DNA of 24,000 bases from Candidatus Bathyarchaeia archaeon (GCA_038872815.1 JAVZFM010000003.1:1-24000); one strand, 5' to 3'; counted from the first letter of the stretch, positions 7,082-17,034 are shown. Notes: generated by a model from the letters alone, not told the origin. Numbers and translations: made by a program.

Positions 7082-9523
7082 ATGGAGAGTGATTTAAATT
7101 TGAAAAAACATGAAGGCTCTGAGGATATAATTTGGTTTGAGCAATTAAGAAAGGATGATGTTCCAATAGTTGGAGGAAAAAATGCAAACTTAGGGGAAAT
7201 GCTTTCTTTTGGCATACCTGTTCCAGAAGGCTTTGCAGTTACTGCAAAAGCCTATCAAAAATTCATAACAAAAACTGGAATCGCAAATAAGATATATGAA
7301 GTAATAAAGGAGGTAGTTAAGGATCCAAACGATCCTAAACAATTCGAAGAAGCTTCAATAAGGATTAGAGAGCTTATAGAATCAACACCTATGCCAAAAG
7401 ATATAGAAAAAGCTATAAGGGATTCTTATCGTAAACTTTCTGAAAGAGTTTCTATCCCTCAGGTTTCTGTTGCTGTTAGATCATCAGCTACTGCTGAAGA
7501 TTTACCAGATGCTTCATTTGCAGGACAACAAGAAACTTTTCTAAATATAAAAGGAGAAGATGAAGTAATAAAAAGTGTTCATAAATGTTGGTCAAGCTTA
7601 TTCACTCCAAGAGCCATATTTTACAGGACTAGTAAAGGCTTTCAGCATGAAAAAGTCTTAATAAGTGTAGGAGTTCAAAGAATGGTCAATGCAAAAGCAG
7701 CAGGAGTAATGTTTACGCTTCATCCAGCAACTGGTGATACTTCAAAAATAATTATAGAGTCTACATGGGGACTTGGAGAAAGCTTAGTCTCTGGAGCAAC
7801 AACTCCTGATAGGTTTATAGTAGATAAAAATTCCTTAGAAATAGTTGAAAAAGAAGTTGCTAGAAAAACTATAATGTACGTGAGAGATCCAAAAACTGGA
7901 AAGACAATCCATTCAGAAGTACCTATTGAAAAACAAAATACTCCATCTTTAACTGATGAGGAAGTTAAGTATTTAGCTCAACTTGGAAAGCGTATAGAGG
8001 AACATTATGGTAGAGCGCAAGATATAGAATTTGCTATAGATTCAGATTTAACATTTCCTAAAAATATCTTTATAGTACAGTCAAGACCTGAAACTGTTTG
8101 GAGTTTAAAGACCCCTAAAAAAGTTGAGGAAGTAAAACTTGTTAGTGAGCGAAAGCCGATTATAAAAGGATTGCCAGCAAGCCCAGGAATTCATGCCGGA
8201 GTTGCTAGAGTGATAAAAACAATTGAGGAAGCTAAAATAATGAAAGAAAACGATATTCTAGTAACTAAAATGACTAACCCAGATTGGGTTCCATACATGA
8301 AAATAGCAGGATCCATAGTAACAGATGAAGGTGGAATGACTTGTCATGCAGCAATAGTTTCAAGGGAACTAGGTATTCCATGCATAGTTGGAACAAAAGA
8401 AGCAACAAAAACAATGGTAAGTGGAAAAGAGTATACGGTAGATGCTAAATCAGGTATAGTTTATGAAGGCATAGTGGAAGAAATGATTAAACCAGCTATA
8501 CCCACGACTGTGCCTACTGTTAGTACTTTAGCTTTAGCTCATCAAATGCCAATAGTAGCTACTAAGATATATGTTAATTTATCAATTCCTGAAGTTGCTG
8601 AAAAAGTATTGAAAGAATCTCAACCAGATGGTGTTGGATTGCTTAGGGCTGAGCATTTAATGCTTTCTGTTGGTAAGCATCCAAGGCTTCTTATAGAGGA
8701 AGGTGGCACTGAAAAAATGATAAATTCTTTTGCTGAAGGAATTAGAAAAGTGGCTGAAGTGTTTTATCCAAGACCAATAGTTTATAGGTTCCTTGACTTC
8801 AAACCAGATGAATTCTTAGCCTTACCTGGAGGAGAAAAATATGAAAAAGAAGCAGGTCATGTAGGTCCAAATCCATTAATTGGATATAGAGGATGCTTTA
8901 GGTACATTAAAGAGCCCGATGTTTTCAGGTTAGAGTGTAGAGCAATAAGGAAAGTTAGGGAAGAGTTTGGATTGAATAACGTTTGGGTAATGCTTCCATT
9001 TGTAAGAACCATTGAAGAATTCAGGAATGCAAAAAAGATAATGGAAGAAGAAAAATTAATTAGAGGCCCAGACTTTAAACTATGGATAATGGTTGAAGTA
9101 CCAAGCACAGTATTATTGATAGATAAATTCATTGATGAAGGAATAGACGGTGTTTCTTTTGGGACTAACGATTTAACAATGCTTATTTTAGGAATAGATA
9201 GAGATGATGCATCAATACAAGAAATTTATGATGAAAGAAATCTTGCAGTTTTAAGGGCTATGAGCCATGTTATAAGAATATGCAAGTCTAGAGGAGTTAC
9301 TACTTCAATATGCGGGCAAGCTCCATCGAATTATCCAGAAGTTGTAGAGTTTTTAGTTCGTGAAGGAGCTACTTCACTTTCAGTAAACCCAGATAAAGTA
9401 AATGAAACTAGGCAGTTGGTTGCTTCTATAGAGCAAAAAATAATTTTAGAGGAACTTAGAGCTCTTAAAGAAGGAAGAACGAAAGAATTCTTTAAACCAT
9501 CATGGTCTAAAGAGTTAGAATAA
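7082..9523 (+). CDS. ppsA: Phosphoenolpyruvate synthase (pyruvate, water dikinase)
   Basis: 813 aa. N-terminal ATP-grasp region (GGKNANLGEM), phospho-histidine swivel domain (GGMTCHAAIVSRELGIPCIVG) and C-terminal PEP-utilising TIM barrel (GVSFGTNDLTM). Confidence 0.95.
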   Translation: MESDLNLKKHEGSEDIIWFEQLRKDDVPIVGGKNANLGEMLSFGIPVPEGFAVTAKAYQKFITKTGIANKIYEVIKEVVKDPNDPKQFEEASIRIRELIESTPMPKDIEKAIRDSYRKLSERVSIPQVSVAVRSSATAEDLPDASFAGQQETFLNIKGEDEVIKSVHKCWSSLFTPRAIFYRTSKGFQHEKVLISVGVQRMVNAKAAGVMFTLHPATGDTSKIIIESTWGLGESLVSGATTPDRFIVDKNSLEIVEKEVARKTIMYVRDPKTGKTIHSEVPIEKQNTPSLTDEEVKYLAQLGKRIEEHYGRAQDIEFAIDSDLTFPKNIFIVQSRPETVWSLKTPKKVEEVKLVSERKPIIKGLPASPGIHAGVARVIKTIEEAKIMKENDILVTKMTNPDWVPYMKIAGSIVTDEGGMTCHAAIVSRELGIPCIVGTKEATKTMVSGKEYTVDAKSGIVYEGIVEEMIKPAIPTTVPTVSTLALAHQMPIVATKIYVNLSIPEVAEKVLKESQPDGVGLLRAEHLMLSVGKHPRLLIEEGGTEKMINSFAEGIRKVAEVFYPRPIVYRFLDFKPDEFLALPGGEKYEKEAGHVGPNPLIGYRGCFRYIKEPDVFRLECRAIRKVREEFGLNNVWVMLPFVRTIEEFRNAKKIMEEEKLIRGPDFKLWIMVEVPSTVLLIDKFIDEGIDGVSFGTNDLTMLILGIDRDDASIQEIYDERNLAVLRAMSHVIRICKSRGVTTSICGQAPSNYPEVVEFLVREGATSLSVNPDKVNETRQLVASIEQKIILEELRALKEGRTKEFFKPSWSKELE

Positions 9524-9526
9524 AAC

Positions 9527-9532
9527 TTTTTT
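9527..9532 (+). terminator. Oligo-T tract after ppsA
   Basis: TTTTTT begins 4 nt after the ppsA stop. Oligo-T runs act as archaeal intrinsic terminators, but such runs are frequent in this AT-rich sequence. Confidence 0.3.
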
Positions 9533-9553
9533 AAAAAAATTAAAAAGGCACTT

Positions 9554-10036
9554 TTGTTGGGATTAATTGATTCTAAAGATATAGTGGATTTTATAGTAAC
9601 TAATTACAAACATGCAAAAAAAATAGTAGAAGTAATGATTGGAAATCATCCTTGGATAGCTATTGGTATTAAAAAACGTTTGCCTAATGTTGAGCTTTTA
9701 GTTACGGATATCGATTTAGAAAAACTAAAAGATATTAAAACTAAATTTCCATTCTTAAAATGTATAAGCGATGATATCATGTTACCCTCATTGAATTTAT
9801 ACGAAGGAGCAGATTTAATCTATGCTATAAGGCCGCCACCAGAGCTAATAAACGAAATAGTTAAGCTAGGAATAAAAATTAAAAGCGATGTTTTAATTAG
9901 AAGTTATTCAAATGAAACTTGTGGATTTGAGTTTGAAAAGCGAAAGGGATGGATTAAAATAAAGTATGGATATGCTATGCTTAATCTACTAAGATATAAA
10001 AGCTTAATCAAAATAGGAAAAAGCCTAAATGGTTAA
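9554..10036 (+). CDS. UPF0146-family protein (Rossmann/methyltransferase-like fold, function unknown)
   Basis: IVEVMIGNH..IA..., VTDID, DDIMLPSLNLYEGADLIYAIRPPPEL match my recollection of the archaeal UPF0146 (MTH1000-like) family. The stop overlaps the dph2 start (ATGGTTAA). Confidence 0.6.
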   Translation: MLGLIDSKDIVDFIVTNYKHAKKIVEVMIGNHPWIAIGIKKRLPNVELLVTDIDLEKLKDIKTKFPFLKCISDDIMLPSLNLYEGADLIYAIRPPPELINEIVKLGIKIKSDVLIRSYSNETCGFEFEKRKGWIKIKYGYAMLNLLRYKSLIKIGKSLNG

Positions 10037-11048
10037 TGATAAAGTATTGGAATTCGATTTAGAGGAAAAACGCTTAATAGAGATCATTAAAAAGAGAAAA
10101 GCGAGAAGTGTTTTAATTCAATTACCAAACGGTTTAAAGAAATATGCCATAAATTTAATAAGCCTTATCGAGGAAAGCACAAAAGCCATTGCATATATTT
10201 CTGGAGGAGCTTGTTATGGCGGTTGTGATTTAGCTTTACAAGATGCAAAGGCATTAAAAGTAGATTTGATAATACATTATGGGCACTCTCAATTTGTATT
10301 TAAGAATTCCCATGGTTTCAACATCGCTTACTTTAATACTCCGTTTAAACTTAATCTAAGCGATTTAATCGAAAAAACTTTAATCTTAATGGAGAAGGAA
10401 AAAAAGTATGGTTTAGTAACAACAACTCAGCATTTACATCAACTAGAAGATATTAAAAAGCTTCTCGAAAAAAATGGTTATAGCGTAATCATACCTTTAA
10501 GAGGAAAATTTTCAATCTATAACGGTCAAATATTGGGTTGTAATTATAGCTCGTTAAAAAGCATCGAAAAAGAAATAGATGGTTGCTTAATAATTGGAAG
10601 CTATTTTCATGGCTTAGGTGCAACTCTTTGTTTGGATAAGCAAATAATACTTGTTGATCCTTATAGCTATGAGGCTATCGATATATCCTTTGAAAGGAAT
10701 AAATTACTAAAACAAAGGTATTCCTACATAAATGCTGCTAAAACTGCAAAAAACATTGGTATAATAATAGGAATGAAGATTGGGCAATACAAACCTAAAA
10801 TTGCTCAAAGATTAAGAAAATTAGTTAAGGAAAGTGGAAAAAACCCTATACTAATATGCATGGATGAAGTTGTCCCTGATCGTGTTAATAACTTTACTGA
10901 AATTGAAGCATTTGTTAATACTGCCTGTCCAAGAGTTTCAATAAATGATGCTTCAAGATTCTTAAAGCCTATTTTAACGCCTAAAGAATCCTTAGTTGCT
11001 TTAGAAAAATTAGATTGGAAAGATTTAATAAAACAAGGAATATTCTAA
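10029..11048 (+). CDS. dph2: 2-(3-amino-3-carboxypropyl)histidine synthase Dph2 (diphthamide biosynthesis, radical SAM-type 4Fe-4S)
   Basis: 339 aa: SVLIQLPNGLKKYA, ISGGACYGGCD, DLIIHYGHS, ILGCNYS and NTACPRV. The three conserved Cys regions of archaeal Dph2 are present. Confidence 0.88.
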   Translation: MVNDKVLEFDLEEKRLIEIIKKRKARSVLIQLPNGLKKYAINLISLIEESTKAIAYISGGACYGGCDLALQDAKALKVDLIIHYGHSQFVFKNSHGFNIAYFNTPFKLNLSDLIEKTLILMEKEKKYGLVTTTQHLHQLEDIKKLLEKNGYSVIIPLRGKFSIYNGQILGCNYSSLKSIEKEIDGCLIIGSYFHGLGATLCLDKQIILVDPYSYEAIDISFERNKLLKQRYSYINAAKTAKNIGIIIGMKIGQYKPKIAQRLRKLVKESGKNPILICMDEVVPDRVNNFTEIEAFVNTACPRVSINDASRFLKPILTPKESLVALEKLDWKDLIKQGIF

Positions 11049-11066
11049 TTTTCAATCAATAAGCTA

Positions 11067-11687
11067 ATGGAAATTAAAATGCGTAAACGCAAGCTTGAAA
11101 TTCTTTTAGAAAAAGTTTTGCCAAATCCAAGTCCAAAACTTCTTCTTGAACAATATACTATTCCAGCAAAAACAGCTGCTGAAGTATTGTTTATAGCAAA
11201 CAAAGTTTACAACGATATAGAAGGAAAGAAAGTGATTGATCTAGGATGCGGAACTGGAAGATTGGCTATAGGCGCTGCAATTTTAGGAGCAAAAGAAGTT
11301 TTTGGAGTAGACATAGATCCAATATCGATAAAAATAGCTAGAAAAAATGCTAATGGGCTTCAAGTTAAGATAAATTTAATAGTTGGCGATATAGAATGCA
11401 TACGTAACGATTTTGATACTGTGCTTATGAACCCTCCTTTTGGAAGCTGGAGACGTGGAGTTGATATAATTTTTTTAAAAAAAGCAATAGAAATATCTAA
11501 AGTTGCTTACTCATTACATAAACGTGATAAAAAATCTAGAGAATATATTTTAAAAAAAGTAAAAGAGTTTGGAGCAAAAATAGATAAAGTTTATGAGTTG
11601 GAAATGATTATACCATGCATATTTAATTTCCATAGAAAAAAGAGGTATCCAGTAAAAGTTGACCTTTATAGAGTTTTAAGAATTTAG
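11067..11687 (+). CDS. METTL5-like (COG2263) predicted rRNA N6-adenine methyltransferase
   Basis: [16 protein letters not shown] motif and the NPPFG catalytic motif. Position next to dph2/csl4/rpoL, as in the known archaeal exosome-neighbourhood gene cluster. Confidence 0.75.
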   Translation: MEIKMRKRKLEILLEKVLPNPSPKLLLEQYTIPAKTAAEVLFIANKVYNDIEGKKVIDLGCGTGRLAIGAAILGAKEVFGVDIDPISIKIARKNANGLQVKINLIVGDIECIRNDFDTVLMNPPFGSWRRGVDIIFLKKAIEISKVAYSLHKRDKKSREYILKKVKEFGAKIDKVYELEMIIPCIFNFHRKKRYPVKVDLYRVLRI

Positions 11688-11737
11688 GATTTAAAAAAAG
11701 CCATGTTGTTTAAGTAAAAAGAAAAAGGGATTATTAA

Positions 11738-12358
11738 ATGCAAGATAGGCAAAAAAACGAGAAATGGTTTGTGATACCTGGAGATAAGCTTGGAGTTGTT
11801 GAACAATTTATGCCAGGTAAAGGAACTTATGAAATAAACGGAACTATATATGCTAAAACTATAGGCTATGTAAATGTAGACGTTATGAACAAAAATATTT
11901 CAGTAATTCCTGTTATAAAGAAACCTATTGTACCAAAAGAAGGAGATGTAATAATCGGGAAAGTCTCAAGTACTCAAGAAAAAATAGCGATTATAAAGAT
12001 ACTTGAAATTAATAATTATAAACTTTTTACGCCTTTTACAGGTATGCTTCACATATCATCAGCTAGTAAAAAATATGAGCCAAATATGGATGAAGTTTGT
12101 AAAGCTGGAGATATAATTAGAGCTAGAATCATTAACACAAAAAATAAATTCCCTCAATTAACCACGGATGAAAAAAACTTAGGTGTAATAAAGGCATTTT
12201 GTAGTAAATGCGGAAATGCTTTATACTTGCTTAAGGATAGAAATTTAAGATGTCTTAATTGTGAAAACATTGAAAAAAGAAAAGTGGCAAACGATTATGA
12301 AAATAGTTTAGAGGTGGAAAAAAATGAAAATAAACATATTGAAGAAAACAGAAAATGA
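11738..12358 (+). CDS. csl4: Exosome complex RNA-binding subunit Csl4
   Basis: VIPGDKLGVVEQFMPGKGTY N-terminal domain, an S1-like middle region (GDVIIGKVSS...) and a C-terminal zinc ribbon (CSKCGNAL...LRCLNCEN). Confidence 0.85.
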   Translation: MQDRQKNEKWFVIPGDKLGVVEQFMPGKGTYEINGTIYAKTIGYVNVDVMNKNISVIPVIKKPIVPKEGDVIIGKVSSTQEKIAIIKILEINNYKLFTPFTGMLHISSASKKYEPNMDEVCKAGDIIRARIINTKNKFPQLTTDEKNLGVIKAFCSKCGNALYLLKDRNLRCLNCENIEKRKVANDYENSLEVEKNENKHIEENRK

Positions 12359-12605
12359 ATTAAAGTTTGTCTTAGAAGGAGAAAGTCATACTTTTTGTAA
12401 TTTATTACAAAACATTCTAAATGAAGACCCTGATGTAGAAATAGCAGGCTACGATTTACCCCATCCGCTTACAAAACATCCAATAGTTTATATAAGAACT
12501 ATAAACAAAGTTTCACCAGTAAAAGTTTTGGAAAAAGCTTTAGAAAAAATAAATGAAAAAGTAACAGAGTTGTTAAAAAAATTCGATAAAGAGGTTGGAA
12601 GTTAA
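12324..12605 (+). CDS. rpoL: DNA-directed RNA polymerase subunit L (Rpo11)
   Basis: MKINILKKTENELKFVLEGESHTFCNLLQNIL...AGYDLPHPL...PIVYIRT, a typical RpoL sequence. GAGGTGG lies upstream of the ATG. Overlaps the csl4 tail by 35 nt. Confidence 0.9.
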   Translation: MKINILKKTENELKFVLEGESHTFCNLLQNILNEDPDVEIAGYDLPHPLTKHPIVYIRTINKVSPVKVLEKALEKINEKVTELLKKFDKEVGS

Positions 12606-12611
12606 AATAAT

Positions 12612-12983
12612 ATGAAAAATAATTCATTAAATAAAATTCTTCAAGATCGAAAGCTTGCAAGGCTAGGAGATTCTTATATCAATTTTATATATTCTTTAGC
12701 CTTGACTAACAAAAAAGGTGAGCCATGCGGTATAAAAGTAAGCGATAAAGTACTTTTTGAAGCTGCAAAAAAATCTCATATAAGGGAACTATTGCCTAAA
12801 AGAATAAAGAAAGGAATGGTAGCAAATGCTATAGAATCTTTACTTGTTTATGCATGGTTGAACAAGTCTATGAGTTTAGATGAAGCTGTAGAAACGCTTT
12901 CTAAAAATATTGATAATCCTTCAGAGGCTATAGCAAAGCTTTCTATAGAATCTATCAGGAGACTAAATTTTAAAAATGATTAA
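12612..12983 (+). CDS. Conserved archaeal hypothetical protein, possibly RNase III-like fold
   Basis: 123 aa. KLARLGDSYINFIYSLAL and ANAIESLLVYAW resemble the helical RNase III-like signature region. The assignment is from memory of the family only. Confidence 0.4.
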   Translation: MKNNSLNKILQDRKLARLGDSYINFIYSLALTNKKGEPCGIKVSDKVLFEAAKKSHIRELLPKRIKKGMVANAIESLLVYAWLNKSMSLDEAVETLSKNIDNPSEAIAKLSIESIRRLNFKND

Positions 12984-13551
12984 AAAATTAAAAAACATAA
13001 AAAAAGAAATAAGGATAATTGGAATAGATGAATATACTTTCAAGAGCAACTCGCTTAAAGGAACTTTAATAATTGGGATAATTTTTAGAGGCGGATTATT
13101 TTTAGATGGATTAGTAGCTTCTATGATTGATTCTGAAAAATTTAACGTAAGCGAAGAAATATCTAAAATGATAATGAATTCTCGTTATTTCGATGAATTG
13201 CGCATTGTAATGCTTTCTAAATTAGTATTTGGTAATATGAATATTTTAGATTTGAAAAGTTTTTATGAAAAGATCAAATTGCCTGTAATATTGGTTACTG
13301 AAAATAAAGATGAGGAGAATATAGAAAAATTTATGAATAAGGAGAATTATGAAGTTTTAAAAAGAATCGATGATCGTAGTTTGCTCAAGATTATTGATTA
13401 TTTTAAACCTTTTTGCATAGGGTTTTATGGAATCGATGAAGATAAAGTGATAAATATTTTAAAAGCTTCATGTGTTAAAGAAAAAATTCCTGAGCCATTA
13501 AGAGTAGCTAAAATATTGATTAAAGCTATAAAAGAATTTAATAGAGGTTAA
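12976..13551 (+). CDS. DUF99/UPF0215-family protein (endonuclease V-like fold, function unknown)
   Basis: IRIIGIDEYTF...LIIGIIFRGGLFLDG at the N-terminus is characteristic of UPF0215. The start overlaps the upstream stop (ATGATTAA). Confidence 0.65.
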   Translation: MIKKLKNIKKEIRIIGIDEYTFKSNSLKGTLIIGIIFRGGLFLDGLVASMIDSEKFNVSEEISKMIMNSRYFDELRIVMLSKLVFGNMNILDLKSFYEKIKLPVILVTENKDEENIEKFMNKENYEVLKRIDDRSLLKIIDYFKPFCIGFYGIDEDKVINILKASCVKEKIPEPLRVAKILIKAIKEFNRG

Positions 13552-13556
13552 GAATA

Positions 13557-13880
13557 ATGAAATTTTGCCCAAAATGTGGAACTGCACTATCTCCAGTTAA
13601 AAAAGGCAAAAAAGTAGGATTAGCTTGTATGAAATGCGGCTATGAAACTACTCAAAAATTGAAGGCTGTCTCGAAAATCATTCATGAAAAAGAAAACATC
13701 GTTGTGATAGGGAAAGGAGAAGAAAAAATTAGAACTTTACCAACAATGAAAACAGAATGCCCAAAATGTGGGCACTCTGAAGCATTTTATTGGATGGTTC
13801 AAACTAGAGGAGCTGATGAATCTTCTACTCAATTCTTTAGATGTGCTCGATGTGGCTATACTTGGCGTGAAGTATCTTAA
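13557..13880 (+). CDS. tfs: Transcription factor S (TFS; RpoM-like transcript cleavage factor)
   Basis: N-terminal zinc ribbon MKFCPKCGTAL...CMKCGY. C-terminal ribbon CPKCGH..AFYWMVQTRGADESSTQFFRCARCGYTW with the acidic DE loop. Confidence 0.9.
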   Translation: MKFCPKCGTALSPVKKGKKVGLACMKCGYETTQKLKAVSKIIHEKENIVVIGKGEEKIRTLPTMKTECPKCGHSEAFYWMVQTRGADESSTQFFRCARCGYTWREVS

Positions 13881-13892
13881 AGTTTAAAAATC
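13880..13892 (+). promoter_or_regulatory. BRE/TATA-like promoter element upstream of pcn
   Basis: AAGTTTAAAAATC overlaps the last base of the tfs stop codon, about 35 nt before TTG 13923. Confidence 0.4.
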
Positions 13893-13922
13893 TTTAAAGG
13901 CTTAATTTAAAAGTGATCTGAA

Positions 13923-14678
13923 TTGATTAAAGCTGTGTTAAGCAATGCAAAAATTTGGAAAAATATCTTGGATGCAGTTTCGACTTTGATAGATGAAGCT
14001 GATTTCAATTTTGATGAAAATGGGATAAAATTAAGGTCTATGGACCCTTCACATGTAGCTATGGTAGACCTTGATTGGCAAAAATCTGCTTTTGAAGATT
14101 ATTCATGCTCAAAACCAACTAAAGCAAGAATAAGTATTAAAGGAATGCTTAAGCTTTTAAAAAGAGTTAAAAGTGATGAAAATCTAGAAATAGTTTTTGA
14201 TGATGAAACAAAAAAAATTAACTTAACGCTTAAAGGAAAAATAACAAAAAAATTCGTTATTCCAACTTTAGAACCTGGAGGAGGAGAAGCCCCAACTCCA
14301 AAGCTTACTTTTGATTCAAAAATTAAAATTTTATCTAGAACTTTAAAAGAAGTGCTAGATGATATACAAGCTGTTAGTGATAACGTTAAATTAGAAACTA
14401 CGATGGAGAAGTTTGTACTCCAAGCTATTGGAGAGTTAAGTAGTGCAACAATAGAAATTGAAAAAGGGAATGAATCCTTATTGGAGCTTGATGTAAAAGC
14501 GCCTTCTAAAGCCGCGTTTAACTTATCTTATTTAACTGAAATCGTTAAAGCTGGTGCATCAACTTCAGATTTATTAAGTTTAGAATTCTCAACAAATAAA
14601 CCGATTAAATTAGAATTTGAATTACCAGGACAAGGAAAGTTATCATACTATTTAGCTCCAAGAATAGAAAGTGAATGA
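13923..14678 (+). CDS. pcn: DNA polymerase sliding clamp PCNA
   Basis: 251 aa: (M)IKAVLSNAKIWKNILDAVSTLIDEADFNFDENGIKLRSMDPSHVAMVDL..., a typical archaeal PCNA sequence. TTG start. Confidence 0.92.
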   Translation: MIKAVLSNAKIWKNILDAVSTLIDEADFNFDENGIKLRSMDPSHVAMVDLDWQKSAFEDYSCSKPTKARISIKGMLKLLKRVKSDENLEIVFDDETKKINLTLKGKITKKFVIPTLEPGGGEAPTPKLTFDSKIKILSRTLKEVLDDIQAVSDNVKLETTMEKFVLQAIGELSSATIEIEKGNESLLELDVKAPSKAAFNLSYLTEIVKAGASTSDLLSLEFSTNKPIKLEFELPGQGKLSYYLAPRIESE

Positions 14679-14687
14679 ACATAGTTA

Positions 14688-14700
14688 TGATTTATATAAT
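14688..14700 (+). promoter_or_regulatory. TATA-like element upstream of priL
   Basis: TGATTTATATAAT, centred about 30 nt before TTG 14727. Confidence 0.3.
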
Positions 14701-14726
14701 AAATAATTTAAGGTTTAAATACAAAA

Positions 14727-15779
14727 TTGCCATTTTCTAAAACTGATCTAGCTAAGTATCCTTTCATCGACGAAGCAACTGAGTACATTAAACAGTTTAA
14801 CATAAGTTTAAACGAATTACAATCTAAAGAATTTGAGCAAGTGTTAGTTAGGGCTGAAAAAAGGTTAAAAGAGTCTATAACGTTTGGAAAGATTTCAAAA
14901 GAATGGGAAAACGATGATTTAGAAATTCTTTCTTTTCCAATAGCTTTAATGATACTGGCCTTTATAGGTGATGAAAAAAGTAGAAGTAGGCATGCTTTAG
15001 CTGAGTCTAAAAGAGCATATGAATTCTTTAAAAATGAATCTATGGAAAAAATTTTAGAAATATCAAAAAATACTTTTAAATGGGATGCAAAATTAATTAA
15101 GGAAAAAATCCTTGGAAAAATCTTTGATTTTTTAATTCATTTCAAAGATTATTTAAGAAACAGTATTCCAATGCATGAACTTAGATGGAAGCTTACAAAT
15201 CGTATTTTAAGCAATGGATATGTTTATCTCACAAAAGATGAATTCTCTAGGCTATTGAGCGAAGAGGTTAAAAGAAAAGTTTTAGAAAAGGCCTCTTTGC
15301 CTATAAAAGATTTACCAGAAGCATTAAAATCTATCGCTTTTAAAATTAAAGATTCTATCCTTAAAAAAGAAGTTTTAATAGCTAATGAACATATGCCGAA
15401 AACATCAGTTCCAACTGCATTGCCTCCATGTATCAAAAGCTTATATGAAGCTCTAATAAGCGGAAGGCATATACCTCATATGGGAAGATTTGCACTAACA
15501 TCATTTTTAATCAATGTTGGGATAAAAGAAGATGAAGTAATCAAAATCTTTAAGGGCATAACTGATTTTGATGAAAGAAAAACTAGATATCAAGTTGAGC
15601 ATATAGCAGGAGCTAGGGGTTCAAAAATAAAGTATACACCTCCTAAATGTGCCACTCTTAAAACACATGGGCTTTGTAATCAACCAGACCAAATTTGCAA
15701 TCAAGTTAAACATCCAATAAGTTATTATAGACTAAAACTTAAAAAATTATTAAGGAAGAAAAAAATTGTTAGAAGTTGA
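14727..15779 (+). CDS. priL: DNA primase large subunit PriL
   Basis: DLAKYPF near the N-terminus. Fe-S domain PPCIKSLYEAL..GRHIPHMGRFALTSFL...RYQVEHIAG...YTPPKCATLKTHGLC. TTG start. Confidence 0.9.
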   Translation: MPFSKTDLAKYPFIDEATEYIKQFNISLNELQSKEFEQVLVRAEKRLKESITFGKISKEWENDDLEILSFPIALMILAFIGDEKSRSRHALAESKRAYEFFKNESMEKILEISKNTFKWDAKLIKEKILGKIFDFLIHFKDYLRNSIPMHELRWKLTNRILSNGYVYLTKDEFSRLLSEEVKRKVLEKASLPIKDLPEALKSIAFKIKDSILKKEVLIANEHMPKTSVPTALPPCIKSLYEALISGRHIPHMGRFALTSFLINVGIKEDEVIKIFKGITDFDERKTRYQVEHIAGARGSKIKYTPPKCATLKTHGLCNQPDQICNQVKHPISYYRLKLKKLLRKKKIVRS

Positions 15780-17010
15780 AAGTTATCTTAAACAAAAATT
15801 CTTCGAGTATTATGAGTCAAATATAAACAGGATAAAATCTCCTTCTTATATCAAAAAAAGAGAGTTTGGTTTTATCCTATTTAAAGATAGAGTTATGGTT
15901 CGTCATAAAAGTTTTAAAGATATAGATGAATTAAAAAGATTTATAAAAACAATGGTTCCTGCAGATGTTTATCACTCAACAGCATACTACTTATATCCCG
16001 AAGAATCTATGGATAAAAAAATATGGGAAGGTGCAGATCTATGCTTCGATATAGACGCAGATCATTTAAAAACTCCTTGTAAAAATGATCATGATGAATG
16101 GAAATGCATGAACTGTGGAGTAGAAGGGAAAGGAGTTAGTCCAAAAAATTGTCCAAATTGTGGGCAAGAAAAAATAGAAGAGAAAGCTTGGTTTTGTGAG
16201 GTTTGCATTGAAGAAGCTAAAAATGAAGTTAAAAAATTAGTTGAGATTTTAGAGGATGATTTTGGAATACCGAGCAAAACTTTCTACATATATTTTTCAG
16301 GCCATAGAGGATACCATGTTCATGTAAAAGCAGAAGAAGTAATTAGACTTAAAGAAGATGAAAGAAAAGAAATAGTAGATTATTTAATAGGAAATGGAAT
16401 CGACATCAAGCTTTTTATGTTAGAGCTAAAAAATGTTGACTTTAATGAACTCAATAAGCTTATAACATATAAAATTCCAATAGGTTGGAGAAAAAGAATT
16501 ATAAATGGGCTTTATAGCTTAATCTTAAGCTTGGAAAAGCCAGATTTAATTAAAATAGGCTTAAATGATAATTTTGCTAAAGAATTTATAGAAGAGAAAA
16601 ATGAATTAGAAAGCCTATCCGTAAAGAAAATGCTTGAGATATACTTTAAGCTTAAAGAGAAAGCTCGTAAGTATATTTTAGATAAAGTTATAGATTCTTC
16701 TTCTGTAAATATAGATACAGTCGTAACAACAGATATTCATAGATTAATAAGGCTTCCAGAAACCTTAAACAGTAAAACTGGGTTTAGAGTTGTAGAAATA
16801 AACATTAACGAACTTGATAGCTTTAATCCTTTTGACGATGCATTAGCATTTATTAATAAAAATGAAAAAGTATACATAAAAGATGCACCAAAATTTAAGT
16901 TAAAAGGAGAAACTTATGGCCCATTCCATGAAGAAACAAGAATTTTGCCAATTGAAGTAGCTATATTGCTAATATGTAAGAATAGAGCATTTCCAATTGT
17001 TGAAAAATAA
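15766..17010 (+). CDS. priS: DNA primase small (catalytic) subunit PriS
   Basis: Catalytic DLCFDIDADH, zinc knuckle CMNCG...CPNCG, and SGHRGYHVHV. Overlaps the priL end by 14 nt. TTG start. Confidence 0.9.
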   Translation: MLEVESYLKQKFFEYYESNINRIKSPSYIKKREFGFILFKDRVMVRHKSFKDIDELKRFIKTMVPADVYHSTAYYLYPEESMDKKIWEGADLCFDIDADHLKTPCKNDHDEWKCMNCGVEGKGVSPKNCPNCGQEKIEEKAWFCEVCIEEAKNEVKKLVEILEDDFGIPSKTFYIYFSGHRGYHVHVKAEEVIRLKEDERKEIVDYLIGNGIDIKLFMLELKNVDFNELNKLITYKIPIGWRKRIINGLYSLILSLEKPDLIKIGLNDNFAKEFIEEKNELESLSVKKMLEIYFKLKEKARKYILDKVIDSSSVNIDTVVTTDIHRLIRLPETLNSKTGFRVVEININELDSFNPFDDALAFINKNEKVYIKDAPKFKLKGETYGPFHEETRILPIEVAILLICKNRAFPIVEK

Positions 17011-17034
17011 ATATTCAAAGAGGAAATATAAAAT

